A stretch of 64,000 nt of DNA from Eubacteriales bacterium (GCA_045659245.1 JAZOWN010000015.1:4618-68617), one strand, 5' to 3'; shown: positions 10,466 to 20,831, counted from the first letter of the stretch. The notes: generated by a model from the sequence alone, not told the origin. Program-made: numbers and translations.

Positions 10466-10578
10466 ACTCTCACCTCCTTAGATCCGTTGTCAAATATTTT
10501 ACCATATTTGTCTCGTAAAGGAAACACATAATTTGTAAATTTTATGTGATTGATGTGATTGATAGGAATTATTAGTCA

Positions 10579-10607
10579 TTGACAAAACGTGTCAAAAATG
10601 ATATAAT
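10579..10607 (+). promoter_or_regulatory. Sigma-A-type promoter for the rnf operon
   Basis: TTGACA, a 17-nt spacer, then TATAAT with an upstream TG (extended -10), ~50 nt before rnfC. Confidence 0.7.
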
Positions 10608-10656
10608 GATGTAATAGTATCAGTATTATATATGTTACAAGGAGGTGCAAAACACT

Positions 10657-11949
10657 GTGTTCAAATTGAACGGAGTACATCTTAAGCACTGTAAAAATAC
10701 CGCCGATGTTGCCCCTTTTCGCATGGGTACCCCCAAGAAGGTCGTTATCCCAATGTCGATGCACATAGGCGCACCTGCAAAGCCCATAGTTAAGGCAGGC
10801 GACGAGGTTAAGGTAGGACAGCTCGTAGGTGAGCCGGGAGCAGGACTTTCCTCTCCGATATACTCGGGTGTGTCGGGAACTGTAAAAAAGATAGACGAGC
10901 TTATTACGGTCAGCGGTGCGCATATAACCACCGTCGTTATCGAACCGGACGGACTTCAGACGGTACATGAGGACTTAAAGCCCCCCGTCGTTGAGAATAG
11001 GGAGCAGTTCCTTGATGCCGTACGCAAGAGCGGTATCGTCGGACTTGGCGGCGCGGGATTTCCCACCGTCGTAAAGCTCAGCGCAGATACCTCTAAAATC
11101 GACGCTATCGTTGTCAACGGCGCGGAGTGCGAGCCTTACATAACCTCGGATACGAGAACCATGCTTGACGAGTCCGACGTGATCGTAGACGGACTTAAGA
11201 TGCTGATGGAGTATCTTGACGTTAAAAAAGTTGTGATCGGCATTGAGAATAATAAGAAAAAATGTATTTCTGCTCTTAAGAGGGCGATACGCGGAATAAA
11301 CGGTATCCAGATCAAAGCGCTTCCCGCGGTATATCCGCAGGGCGGTGAAAAGGTGCTTGTTTACCATACCGTCGGCAGAGTCATAAAAGAGGGACAGCTC
11401 CCGATAGACGCAGGAGTTATTGTTATAAACTGCACGACAGTTGCGGCGATAGCAAAATACGTAAGGACAGGCATGCCACTTGTGGAAAAGTGCGTAACGG
11501 TCGACGGCTCTGCGATAGCCGAGCCTAAAAACGTTATTGCGCCTATCGGAACACCTGCGCTTGAGCTTATAGAATTTTGCGGCGGCTTTAAAACACAGCC
11601 GAGAAAAATTCTTTGGGGTGGACCTATGATGGGTATAGCTTTGCCCGACCTTAATATGCCCGTAATGAAGCAGACAAACGCAATTCTTGCGTTTGACCGT
11701 AAGGATGCAACTCCGCCCGAGGAAACCGCTTGTATCAAGTGCGGACAGTGCATAAGCCATTGTCCGTTAAGGCTTTCTCCTACCGACATTAATAAGGCAT
11801 ACTCGGCAAAGGACAAAGAAGCGCTTCAAAAGCTCAAGGTAAATCTTTGTATGGAGTGCGGCTCCTGCTCTTACGTGTGCCCCGCAAAGAAAAATTTAGT
11901 TCAGACTAACAAGCTTGCAAAGGCAATGCTTAGAAACGGAGGTAAATAA
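10657..11949 (+). CDS. rnfC: Rnf electron transport complex subunit C
   Basis: NADH/FMN-binding region (GLGGAGFPT) and two 4Fe-4S motifs (CIKCGQCISHCP, CMECGSCSYVCP). The GTG at 10657 sits 11 nt after AAGGAGG, whereas the ORF-track start at 10645 lies inside the RBS. Confidence 0.9.
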   Translation: MFKLNGVHLKHCKNTADVAPFRMGTPKKVVIPMSMHIGAPAKPIVKAGDEVKVGQLVGEPGAGLSSPIYSGVSGTVKKIDELITVSGAHITTVVIEPDGLQTVHEDLKPPVVENREQFLDAVRKSGIVGLGGAGFPTVVKLSADTSKIDAIVVNGAECEPYITSDTRTMLDESDVIVDGLKMLMEYLDVKKVVIGIENNKKKCISALKRAIRGINGIQIKALPAVYPQGGEKVLVYHTVGRVIKEGQLPIDAGVIVINCTTVAAIAKYVRTGMPLVEKCVTVDGSAIAEPKNVIAPIGTPALELIEFCGGFKTQPRKILWGGPMMGIALPDLNMPVMKQTNAILAFDRKDATPPEETACIKCGQCISHCPLRLSPTDINKAYSAKDKEALQKLKVNLCMECGSCSYVCPAKKNLVQTNKLAKAMLRNGGK

Positions 11950-11951
11950 GC

Positions 11952-12863
11952 TTGGATAACAGCGTACTTTTAGTATCTCCGTCACCTCACGTTCGCTCAA
12001 AGCGAAACACACAGAACATAATGCTCGACGTTATTATCGCGCTTTGCCCCGCACTTGTCGCGTCGGTTATCGTATTCGGCTGGCGCGCGCTTGTCGTTAC
12101 GCTTTTCTGCATTGGAGTGTGCGTTGCGTCCGAGTTTTTGTTTGAGCTTATAACAAAGAGAAAAAAGACGGTCAAGGACCTTTCCGCAGTAGTTACGGGA
12201 ATTCTTTTGGCATTTAATCTTCCCGCAAGCATACCGCTTTGGCAGGCTGCTGTCGGTTGCATTATCGCGATAGTTATAGTAAAGCAGCTTTTCGGCGGTA
12301 TCGGATGCAATTTCGCAAACCCCGCAATTACCGCAAGAGTGGTCATGCTCATTTCCTTTGCGGGCAGCATGACGAGCTTTGCGACAAAGAATGACGCGGT
12401 AAGCTCGGCAACACCTCTGTCGGGTGGCGAGATGCCGTCGCTTCTTAACTTGTTCCTCGGAAACCACGCAGGATCGCTTGGTGAGACATGTGCGCTTGCA
12501 TTGCTTATTGGCTTTGCGTATTTGCTTATCCGCCGCGTGATAACGTGGCATACTCCCGTCGTGTTCGTGGGAACGGTGTTTTTGTTTACTCTCGCGCTTG
12601 GCGAAAATCCAGTTGAGCACGTGCTGACTGGCGGACTTTTGCTTGGCGCTGTGTTTATGGCGACGGACTATTCCACCACACCGCCCACAAAATGGGGTAA
12701 GGTTATATTCGGTGTAGGCTGCGGTGTTATAACCGTGCTTATCCGCGTTTTCGGCAATTATCCCGAGGGTGTGTCGTTTGCAATTCTCCTTATGAACATA
12801 CTTACGCCTCTTATATCCAAGGTGTGCGCACCAAGACCGTTTGGAGGTGTTAAGAAAAAATGA
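11952..12863 (+). CDS. rnfD: Rnf complex subunit D
   Basis: N-terminal SPSPHVRSKRNTQNIMLDV and the FMN-attachment region (SSATPL) are typical RnfD/NqrB. TTG start 9 nt after GGAGG. Confidence 0.9.
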   Translation: MDNSVLLVSPSPHVRSKRNTQNIMLDVIIALCPALVASVIVFGWRALVVTLFCIGVCVASEFLFELITKRKKTVKDLSAVVTGILLAFNLPASIPLWQAAVGCIIAIVIVKQLFGGIGCNFANPAITARVVMLISFAGSMTSFATKNDAVSSATPLSGGEMPSLLNLFLGNHAGSLGETCALALLIGFAYLLIRRVITWHTPVVFVGTVFLFTLALGENPVEHVLTGGLLLGAVFMATDYSTTPPTKWGKVIFGVGCGVITVLIRVFGNYPEGVSFAILLMNILTPLISKVCAPRPFGGVKKK

Positions 12864-13399
12864 AAAAGATGAATACGTCAGTGAAAAGTATAATCGTGCT
12901 TGTCGCTATCTGCCTTGTAATAGGCGGCGCTATGGCGGCAGTCAATATGATAACCGAGCCGAAGATAGCAGAGGCAGAGGCAGAGGCTGAGCGGCTCGCC
13001 CTTGCCGAGGTCTGCCCCGAGAACGGCGGCTTTGAGGCAATTTCGGGAATAGAGCTTCCCAAGTCGGTAAAGACTGTGTATCGCGACCTTGACGGGGAGG
13101 GATACGTTGCCATGCTTTCCGTCGGCGGATACGATTCTTCAAAGCCCATGTCCGTAGCGGTCGGCTTTACGAACGACGCTGAAATAATCAAGTGCAAGGT
13201 GATTTCTGCTCAGGGAGAAACATCGGGCATCGGAAGTAAGGTCATGAACGAGGACTTTCTCTTGCAGTTCGACGGTAAGTCCGAGGGGCTTGACGGCGTG
13301 GACGCAATAAGCGGAGCAACGATCTCGTCCTCGGCACTCATAGATGCGGTAAGAGAAAGCTTTTCGGCATTAAAGGCGGCAGAGGAGGTGGCAAAATGA
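12860..13399 (+). CDS. rnfG: Rnf complex subunit G
   Basis: N-terminal TM plus an FMN-binding domain with the ISGATISS motif. Overlaps rnfD and rnfE by 4 nt. Confidence 0.85.
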   Translation: MKKMNTSVKSIIVLVAICLVIGGAMAAVNMITEPKIAEAEAEAERLALAEVCPENGGFEAISGIELPKSVKTVYRDLDGEGYVAMLSVGGYDSSKPMSVAVGFTNDAEIIKCKVISAQGETSGIGSKVMNEDFLLQFDGKSEGLDGVDAISGATISSSALIDAVRESFSALKAAEEVAK

Positions 13400-14085
13400 G
13401 CAAGTGGAAGAATTTTTTAAAGGGAATAATAAAGGAAAATCCAGTACTCGTGCTTGTCCTTGGTACTTGCCCGACGCTTGCAGTCACAACCTCGGTGCTC
13501 AACGCCCTTGGCATGGGACTTGCCGCAACGGTAGTCCTTTTGTGCTCCAATATGGCAATATCGGCATTGCGTAAGGTTATCCCAGATAAGGTAAGAATAC
13601 CCTGCTACATAGTTCTTATAGCGGGATTTGTTACCATGGTCGAGATGCTTATGCACGCGTTTGTTCCGAGCCTTTACGAGTCGCTCGGTATATTCCTCTC
13701 GCTTATAGTTGTTAACTGTAACATTCTCGGCAGAGCCGAAATGTACGCAAGTAAAAATACGGTAGTTGATTCTGCTATCGACGCGCTCGGAATGGGAGTA
13801 GGCTTTACGCTTGCGCTGTTCCTTATGGCATCAATACGTGAGGTGTTTGGCGCGGGATCGTGGTGCGGCCTTGAGATACCCTTTGCGGGAGATTACAGTA
13901 TGATGATACTGACTATGGCTCCGGGTGGATTTTTCGTGTTCGGCTGCCTTATAGCGCTCGTTAACTTTATCACGACTCGAAAGGGCGGCAAGGTAAAGAA
14001 GAACGTCGGCTGCGCAGGCTGCCCCTCGGCAAGCCTTTGCGGCAAGAATGCGAACGAGAACTGCGAAAAGGAGGAGAATAAGTGA
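13396..14085 (+). CDS. rnfE: Rnf complex subunit E
   Basis: RnfE/NqrD-type polytopic protein (NPVLVLVLGTCPTLAVTT; LIVVNCNILGRAE). Confidence 0.9.
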   Translation: MSKWKNFLKGIIKENPVLVLVLGTCPTLAVTTSVLNALGMGLAATVVLLCSNMAISALRKVIPDKVRIPCYIVLIAGFVTMVEMLMHAFVPSLYESLGIFLSLIVVNCNILGRAEMYASKNTVVDSAIDALGMGVGFTLALFLMASIREVFGAGSWCGLEIPFAGDYSMMILTMAPGGFFVFGCLIALVNFITTRKGGKVKKNVGCAGCPSASLCGKNANENCEKEENK

Positions 14086-14684
14086 TGGAAGAATTAAGAA
14101 CGCTTATTATAATCCTTCTTACCTCGGTTCTCGTAAATAACTACGTGCTTTCAAGATTTTTGGGAATTTGTCCGTTCCTCGGTGTTTCCAAAAAGCTTAA
14201 CCAAGCGGTGGGAATGGGTGTTGCGGTGATTTTCGTAATGCTCATGGCAACTGCCGCAACATGGCCTATACAGACCTTTTTGCTTGAGAACTTCGGACTT
14301 GGCTATATGAGAACGATAGTGTTTATTCTCGTTATAGCCGCACTCGTTCAGCTCGTTGAAATGGTTCTCAAAAAATATATTCCCGCGCTTCACGCGTCTC
14401 TCGGAATATATCTGCCCCTTATCACCACCAATTGCGCGGTGCTCGGTGTAACCATAAACAATATAAACGAGAATTTGGGCTTTTTGCAGTCAATGGTAAG
14501 CTCACTTGGAGCAGGACTCGGATTTTTACTTGCAATGGTGCTGTTCGCGGGTGTGCGCTCAAGGCTTGAGGAGGCAAAGCCCCCGAAGTGCTTTGAGGGA
14601 CTTCCAATAACCCTCGTTTCCGCATCTATCGTCGCACTTTCATTCTTTGGATTTGCGGGTATAGTTGACGGTATTTTCGGATAA
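14082..14684 (+). CDS. rnfA: Rnf complex subunit A
   Basis: RnfA/NqrE type (NNYVLSRFLGICPFLGVS; LPLITTNCAVLG). Confidence 0.9.
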   Translation: MMEELRTLIIILLTSVLVNNYVLSRFLGICPFLGVSKKLNQAVGMGVAVIFVMLMATAATWPIQTFLLENFGLGYMRTIVFILVIAALVQLVEMVLKKYIPALHASLGIYLPLITTNCAVLGVTINNINENLGFLQSMVSSLGAGLGFLLAMVLFAGVRSRLEEAKPPKCFEGLPITLVSASIVALSFFGFAGIVDGIFG

Positions 14685-14696
14685 GGGGGAAAGGAT

Positions 14697-15527
14697 ATGA
14701 CAGAAGCAATGAAAATTTTAGTCGCGATAGCGGTCGTCGTTGGTATCGGCGCGGTTTGCGCAATAATTTTGGTTTTGGCTTCAAAGGCGTTTGCCGTTAA
14801 GGAGGACGAAAAATACGCAAAAATACGTGAGTGTCTTCCCGGCGCTAACTGCGGTGCGTGCGGATATGCAGGCTGTGACGGCTACGCAAAGGCACTTGCG
14901 GAGAGTGACGGAATTGCCGCAAATCTCTGTATCCCTGGTGGAGACGGAGCGGCAACGGCAATTGCCGATATACTCGGTGTTGAGGTCGGCGACGTAGTTG
15001 AAAGAGTTGCCGTCGTGCATTGCTACGGTGACTGTGAGCATACCTCGAACAAAATGGATTACGTGGGTATTAAGACCTGCGAGGCGGCAAAGCTTATGTT
15101 CGGCGGTCAGGGAAAATGCGTCTGGGGCTGCATCGGCTTTGGCGATTGCGTGGCGGTTTGTCCGCAGAATGCAATATGCATTGAAAACGGAATTGCCCAT
15201 ATTGATACGAGAAAATGTATCGGCTGCGGTCTTTGCCAAAAAGCTTGTCCGCGCGGACTTATAGAGGTAATAAAGGACGTCGACTGCGTGCTTGTAACCT
15301 GCAATAATACGGAAAAGGGCGCGTCGGTCAGAGGGAAATGCTCAAACGGCTGTATCGGCTGTAAAAAATGTGAGAAGAATTGCCCTGCGGAGGCTATCTC
15401 GGTTACGGATAACCTTGCGAGAATTGACTACGAAAAATGTACCGATTGCGGCGAGTGCGCAAGAAATTGCCCCGTTGGCTGTATTATCGTTTCCGATTTC
15501 AGCGGATTGCACAGAGTAAAAAATTAA
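14697..15527 (+). CDS. rnfB: Rnf complex subunit B (polyferredoxin)
   Basis: N-terminal TM, a CxxCGxxGC cluster (GANCGACGYAGCDGYA), and several CxxCxxCxxxCP ferredoxin motifs. Confidence 0.9.
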   Translation: MTEAMKILVAIAVVVGIGAVCAIILVLASKAFAVKEDEKYAKIRECLPGANCGACGYAGCDGYAKALAESDGIAANLCIPGGDGAATAIADILGVEVGDVVERVAVVHCYGDCEHTSNKMDYVGIKTCEAAKLMFGGQGKCVWGCIGFGDCVAVCPQNAICIENGIAHIDTRKCIGCGLCQKACPRGLIEVIKDVDCVLVTCNNTEKGASVRGKCSNGCIGCKKCEKNCPAEAISVTDNLARIDYEKCTDCGECARNCPVGCIIVSDFSGLHRVKN

Positions 15528-15546
15528 AACGGATAGGAGAGAAGCT

Positions 15547-16323
15547 ATGGAAGCCTTTGTGACAACGGAATACTCTATAAAGCTTGACAAAGTGGAAAAA
15601 GAGCTTACGGTAGCGATCCTCTCCGATCTTCATAGCTCGCCGTCAACGGACGTGTCGGACCTTATTGCGCTTTTGCGCGAAAGGCGCCCCGACTATATAC
15701 TCATGCCGGGTGACGTGTTCGAGCGGCTTGACGGCAAGCGTACCGAGTGGACAGATGCGGGGCTTGAGCTTATGAAAAAAGCATCAGAGATCGCTCCCGT
15801 AATGTATTCATTTGGCAACCATGAAAATGGCGGATTTGGCTCTTGGAATTTCTTGAAGTGGCGGAAAAAGTATTTTTTGCCCAAATATTTTTCGCCCGAG
15901 GAGCTTGACCTGATATTTGACAGCGGTGCGACCGTGCTTGACGACACTTACGTCATAGAGGACGGAATTGCGTTCGGCGGACTGACATCGGGCTTTATAA
16001 ATCGGGAGCGAAAGCCAGATCTTGATTGGCTTGACGAATTTTGCTCTCTTGATATACCCAAAATACTGCTTTGCCACCACCCCGAATATTATAAAAAATA
16101 TTTAAAGGATAAGAATATTGATTTGATAGTTTCGGGACACGCGCACGGCGGTCAATGGCGATTTTTCGGCAGAGGTCTTTTTGCACCGGGGCAGGGGTTA
16201 TTCCCGAAGTATACCTCGGGAGTTCACGACGGACGTTTTGTTGTGTCGCGCGGACTTAAGGTAGGCGGCAAAATACCGAGAATTTTTAACAAGCCCGAAA
16301 TGATTTTTTTGAAAATAAACTGA
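15547..16323 (+). CDS. Calcineurin-like metallophosphoesterase
   Basis: Motifs SDLHS, PGDVFE, GNHEN and SGHAHGGQ. Confidence 0.7.
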   Translation: MEAFVTTEYSIKLDKVEKELTVAILSDLHSSPSTDVSDLIALLRERRPDYILMPGDVFERLDGKRTEWTDAGLELMKKASEIAPVMYSFGNHENGGFGSWNFLKWRKKYFLPKYFSPEELDLIFDSGATVLDDTYVIEDGIAFGGLTSGFINRERKPDLDWLDEFCSLDIPKILLCHHPEYYKKYLKDKNIDLIVSGHAHGGQWRFFGRGLFAPGQGLFPKYTSGVHDGRFVVSRGLKVGGKIPRIFNKPEMIFLKIN

Positions 16324-16338
16324 ATATGAAACTAACAA

Positions 16339-16384
16339 AAAATCAACTTGCTTTCATTTTTTGAACGCGAGTTGATTTTTTTGT
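16339..16384 (+). terminator. Intrinsic terminator after the rnf/phosphoesterase unit
   Basis: 11-bp stem aatcaacttgc/gcgagttgatt followed by a T8 run. Confidence 0.8.
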
Positions 16385-16465
16385 TTGCCGTAAAAACAAA
16401 ATCGAGTATATATTCTCTCAAATTGCGGAACAATTATTGTATCATTAAAAGATGGAGGAGTAAAA

Positions 16466-17545
16466 ATGAAAGCAAGCAAAATACTCATTTTGATCTGTGC
16501 ACTTGCGTTGTGCCTCGGTACGTTTTACGGCTGTGGCAGAAAGCAAGCCGCAGATGTTCACGTGTTCTATTACACGTACAGCGACACCTATATTTCAACG
16601 GTTCGCGCGTCTCTTGACAAGCAGCTTGGTGATGCTGGCATATCTTATCAGGATCACGACGGAAACAACAACCAGACAACTCAGACTGAGCAGGTGCAGA
16701 CGGCAATTACCAAGGGCGCAAAGCTTATCGTAGTTAATATTGTAACGACTGGCTCTGACGACGCGGCAAACGGCATCGTAAGTCTTGCCAAGGACGCGGG
16801 AATACCGGTTATCTTCTTTAACAGAGAGGTGTCCGACAGCGTTGTAAAGAGCTACGACAAGTGTATCTTTATCGGAACAGATGCGGCTGAGGCAGGATAT
16901 TTGCAGGGCGATATGATCGGCGACTACGTTGTTAAGAATTACAACGCGATCGACCTCAACGGCGACGGTAAGATATCCTACGTCATGTTCATGGGCGAGA
17001 AGGGCAACAACGAAGCGATATACAGAACGCAGTATTCGGTTGAGAATGCCAACAAGAAGCTTAAAGAGGCAGGCAAACCCGCTCTTGAATTTTATGACAA
17101 GGCGAACGGCGACAAGTATCTGCTTGACAGAGACGGAAAGTGGTCAGCTCAGGCGGCAAACGAGTATATGACGACGATTCTCGCCTCTTATAATACCCAG
17201 AATAAGAATATGGTCGAGCTTGTAATATGCAATAACGACGGCATGGCAGAGGGCGCAATATCGGCGCTCAGCGGAGCAGGATTTAATACGGGTGCGGCGA
17301 ATGCCACGGCAATTCCCGTTTTCGGTGTTGACGCAACGAGTGCGGCGGTATCTCTTATATCCGCAGGTAAAATGGCAGGAACAATCAAGCAGGATGCCGA
17401 CGGTATGGCTACGGCAATAATGAAGAGCGTTTCCAATTCACTTGACGGCAAGGCGCTCCTTGACGGTATGTCGGATTACCAGATCGACGACGACGTAAAC
17501 AAGGTAAGAATTCATTATTCGGTATATCTTGGCGAAAACAAGTAA
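16466..17545 (+). CDS. mglB: Galactose/glucose-type sugar ABC transporter substrate-binding lipoprotein
   Basis: Lipobox (GTFYGC) and periplasmic-binding-protein type I sequence. It is followed by MglA- and MglC-like genes. The symbol is assigned by operon analogy. Confidence 0.75.
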   Translation: MKASKILILICALALCLGTFYGCGRKQAADVHVFYYTYSDTYISTVRASLDKQLGDAGISYQDHDGNNNQTTQTEQVQTAITKGAKLIVVNIVTTGSDDAANGIVSLAKDAGIPVIFFNREVSDSVVKSYDKCIFIGTDAAEAGYLQGDMIGDYVVKNYNAIDLNGDGKISYVMFMGEKGNNEAIYRTQYSVENANKKLKEAGKPALEFYDKANGDKYLLDRDGKWSAQAANEYMTTILASYNTQNKNMVELVICNNDGMAEGAISALSGAGFNTGAANATAIPVFGVDATSAAVSLISAGKMAGTIKQDADGMATAIMKSVSNSLDGKALLDGMSDYQIDDDVNKVRIHYSVYLGENK

Positions 17546-17556
17546 ATCATAAATAG

Positions 17557-17598
17557 GGGTTGCTTCCTTTGGCGACTTTTTGCCAAACGAAGCAACCC
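17557..17598 (+). terminator. Intercistronic hairpin between the binding-protein and ATPase genes (possible attenuator or stabiliser)
   Basis: 10-bp stem gggttgcttc/gaagcaaccc with a nested inner stem ttggc/gccaa and a weak T tract. Confidence 0.45.
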
Positions 17599-17631
17599 TT
17601 GTATCTAAATTTATAAAAACAGGTAAACGGA

Positions 17632-19137
17632 ATGCAAGAATATTTACTTGAAATGAAAAACATAAGTAAGGAGTTTCCAAGCGTAAAGGCTCTGTCGGAC
17701 GTTACCTTCAGGCTTCGCAGGGGAACGGTACACGCTCTTATGGGAGAGAACGGCGCGGGTAAATCAACCCTTATGAAATGCCTTTTCGGAATTTATGGGG
17801 CGGATAGCGGAGAGATAGTGCTCGACGGTGAGCGCGTAAGCTTTAAAAATCCTGCTGAGGCACTCCGCCACGGAGTTGCCATGGTGCATCAGGAGCTTAA
17901 TCAGGCACTCAAAAGAAGCGTCTCTGATAACATCTGGCTTGGACGGTATCCGACGCGCCTCGGTGTGACGCTTGAGGGCAAGATGTATCACGACACCTTG
18001 GAAATATTTAAGGAGCTTGAAATAAACGTTGACCCTCGAAGAATAATGAGCACAATGTCCGTGTCGGAGCGGCAGATCGTAGAAATTGCCAAGGCGGTAT
18101 CTTATAACTCAAAGGTAATCGTGCTTGACGAGCCTACCTCATCTCTTAACGAAAAAGAGGTCGAGCATCTGTTTCGAATCATAAAAAAGCTTAAAGACAG
18201 AGGCTGCGGCATAATCTATATCTCTCATAAAATGGAAGAAATTTTAGAAATATCCGACGATATCACCGTAATGCGCGACGGTAAAAACGTAGCGACTCAT
18301 AGAGCAGAGGAGCTTGATATGGATAAAATAATCAAGCTTATGGTGGGCAGAGAGCTGACGGAGCGCTTTCCGCCAAAGACTAACCTAATAGGCGACGTTA
18401 CGCTACGTGTCGAGAGACTTACAGCAAAATACGCGAACGTCAAGGACGTAAGCTTTGAGGTTCGCGCGGGCGAGATCGTCGGCGTCGCGGGACTTGGCGG
18501 CGCTGGGCGCACCGAGCTGCTTGAGTGCATATTCGGGCTCCTTACAAAAAGCGGCGGAAAAATGACGCTCGGCACTAAGGAGATATACAACAGAACGCCG
18601 CGCGAGGCTATCGCGAATGGATTTGCAATGCTCACTGAGGAGCGCCGCGCAACGGGAATATTCGGCATACTTGATATAACGGAGAATACGGTAATTTCAA
18701 ATCTTTCGGCATACCGATCTGCAGGGTTGTTTTTGAACCGTAAAAAAATGAACAAGGATACGGATTGGTCGATCTCCGCGATGCGAATAAAAACGCCGTC
18801 GAGGCAAAGTAAAATAAGAAATCTGTCGGGCGGAAATCAGCAAAAGGTTATTCTCGGCAGGTGGCTGTTGACAAGCCCCGAGGTACTGTTACTCGACGAG
18901 CCGACCAGAGGTATTGACGTCGGCGCAAAGTATGAGATATATCAGCTCATAATTGAGCTTGCCTCTAAGGGTAAATCCGTAATTGTGGTATCCAGCGAGA
19001 TGCCCGAGCTTCTCGGGATCTGCGACAGAATACTCGTCATGTCGGGCGGACGTCTTGCGGGCGAGGTGGCGCTCGGAAGCGAAAGAGAAGCAGACGTTCA
19101 GGAAAAGATAATGACGCTTGCCGCAAAATATGTATAG
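17632..19137 (+). CDS. mglA: Sugar ABC transporter ATP-binding protein (duplicated ABC domains)
   Basis: Two ABC cassettes: Walker A GENGAGKST, the LSGGNQQK signature, and Walker B LLLDEPT. Confidence 0.9.
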   Translation: MQEYLLEMKNISKEFPSVKALSDVTFRLRRGTVHALMGENGAGKSTLMKCLFGIYGADSGEIVLDGERVSFKNPAEALRHGVAMVHQELNQALKRSVSDNIWLGRYPTRLGVTLEGKMYHDTLEIFKELEINVDPRRIMSTMSVSERQIVEIAKAVSYNSKVIVLDEPTSSLNEKEVEHLFRIIKKLKDRGCGIIYISHKMEEILEISDDITVMRDGKNVATHRAEELDMDKIIKLMVGRELTERFPPKTNLIGDVTLRVERLTAKYANVKDVSFEVRAGEIVGVAGLGGAGRTELLECIFGLLTKSGGKMTLGTKEIYNRTPREAIANGFAMLTEERRATGIFGILDITENTVISNLSAYRSAGLFLNRKKMNKDTDWSISAMRIKTPSRQSKIRNLSGGNQQKVILGRWLLTSPEVLLLDEPTRGIDVGAKYEIYQLIIELASKGKSVIVVSSEMPELLGICDRILVMSGGRLAGEVALGSEREADVQEKIMTLAAKYV

Positions 19138-19157
19138 CCGTAAGGGAGTAATACAAA

Positions 19158-20228
19158 ATGCTTGAAAAACTGAATTTCAAAAAAAGATTTATGGACTTTC
19201 GCGCCCTTTCGTCCTCTGATAAAAGGAGCACTGTAAAGGAATTTCTTATAAACAACCTCTTGTATATTCTTCTTATCGCTTCTATCGTGGGAATACAGAT
19301 ATACGACCCGAGGTTTCTTTCCTTGTCCTCAATTATAAACATTATTTCGCTGTCAGCGGCGAATTTGCCTATTGCGCTCGGAATAGCTGGCTGTATTATT
19401 CTGACGGGAACTGACCTCTCGGCAGGCCGTATCGTTGGTGTTACCGCATGCGTTGCCGCATCTCTTTTGCAGGCGAGCGGATACGCGGGGAAGATGTTTC
19501 CGAGCCTTGCGACCTTTCCTATATGGGGAGTATTCCTCATAGTTATAGCAATTGGCGCGCTCGTCGGATTTATAAACGGCTTTTGTACCGCAAAATTCAA
19601 TCTACACCCGTTTATAGTAACTCTTGCCACACAGCTTATAACCTACGGAGCGCTTCTCATATACCTCATGCAGGGAACGAATAACGGGCAGTCCATTTCG
19701 GGGCTTGATTCGTCCTACACGGGATTTATAACGGGAAGCGTAATACGCTTCGGCTCTGTGGCACTCCCGAATTACGTCTTTTACTCGATAGCGATAACGG
19801 CGATCATTTGGTTTATATGGAACAAGACCGCGTTCGGCAAGAATATGTTTGCAGTCGGCTCTAACCCCGAGGCGGCAAATGTTTCGGGCGTAAACGTAAG
19901 CAAGACTATCATACTCGTGTTCGTTCTTGCGGGAATTATGTACGGACTTACGGGATTTATCGAAGCCGCGAGAATTGGCTCTAACAGCGCGGCTACGGGA
20001 CTCAACTATGAGCTCGATGCAATTGCTGCGTGCGTAATTGGCGGCGTTTCGTTTGTCGGCGGTATAGGAAAAATACGCGGAGTTATTATGGGAGTTCTTT
20101 TGCTCCGTATTATCTTCGTCGGACTCACATTCCTCGGCATCGACTCAAATTTGCAGTACGTTATAAAGGGTATTATAATCCTCGCCGCGTGCGCGATAGA
20201 TATGAGAAAATATCTTGTCAAAAAATAA
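19158..20228 (+). CDS. mglC: Sugar ABC transporter permease (MglC/RbsC family)
   Basis: Polytopic 356-aa ORF with a conserved region (AVGSNPEAANVSGVNV) typical of this permease family. Confidence 0.85.
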   Translation: MLEKLNFKKRFMDFRALSSSDKRSTVKEFLINNLLYILLIASIVGIQIYDPRFLSLSSIINIISLSAANLPIALGIAGCIILTGTDLSAGRIVGVTACVAASLLQASGYAGKMFPSLATFPIWGVFLIVIAIGALVGFINGFCTAKFNLHPFIVTLATQLITYGALLIYLMQGTNNGQSISGLDSSYTGFITGSVIRFGSVALPNYVFYSIAITAIIWFIWNKTAFGKNMFAVGSNPEAANVSGVNVSKTIILVFVLAGIMYGLTGFIEAARIGSNSAATGLNYELDAIAACVIGGVSFVGGIGKIRGVIMGVLLLRIIFVGLTFLGIDSNLQYVIKGIIILAACAIDMRKYLVKK

Positions 20229-20238
20229 AGCAACCAAG

Positions 20239-20282
20239 AAAACCGCGGAAGGGCAAAATTATTGCCGCTTCGCGGTTTTTCG
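20239..20282 (+). terminator. Intrinsic terminator of the sugar ABC operon
   Basis: Stem aaccgcggaag/cttcgcggtt with an inner ggcaa/ttgcc stem, followed by T5. Confidence 0.8.
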
Positions 20283-20470
20283 TCTTTTTAAACTTCTATT
20301 GTGCATTTTACATAAAAAATAATATTGGTTTTTGAGCAATATTACAGTTCGTTCATACTTTGATGTTGAATTGTTCACAATTAAATAGTAAAATATAGCC
20401 AACAGAGATGCAGAAACTAAAAGGAACTGCAAGCAGTATGCGGAACGCTTTGAAAGGAAAGGTAATTATT

Positions 20471-20713
20471 ATGAGCGTAAACGGCAAATACGAATACAAA
20501 ATCGAAATCGATACCATGGAAGATGCAAAAAACCTTGTTGCTATCTCTACGAAGCTTCAGGGAAAAATAATTCTTAAGAGCGGCACAAAGTTTTCTGTTA
20601 ATGCAAAGAGCTTGCTCGGAGTCGTTCTTGCAAAAAGACTTAATTGGAACGATCTTACCATCGTGATGGATAACGACTACTATCGCGAATATCAGAAGTA
20701 CATCAGGGATTGA
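20471..20713 (+). CDS. HPr-fold (PTS phosphocarrier-like) small protein lacking the His15 site
   Basis: 80 aa from the ATG at 20471. The segment SVNAKSLLGVV matches the HPr Ser46 region, but no GLHARPA-type His15 motif is present. Confidence 0.5.
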   Translation: MSVNGKYEYKIEIDTMEDAKNLVAISTKLQGKIILKSGTKFSVNAKSLLGVVLAKRLNWNDLTIVMDNDYYREYQKYIRD

Positions 20714-20796
20714 TGTGTTGGTGAGGGATCGTCACTAAACTTATAAATATTCCGTTCCGCAGGTAACGCTGTTCTCTGAATACACTAAAAAATCAC

Positions 20797-20830
20797 GAAG
20801 CCACACTCTTATGAGTGCGGCTTCTTTTTG
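20797..20830 (+). terminator. Intrinsic terminator
   Basis: 12-bp stem gaagccacactc/gagtgcggcttc (one mismatch), a ttat loop, and T5. Confidence 0.85.
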
Positions 20831-20831
20831 T

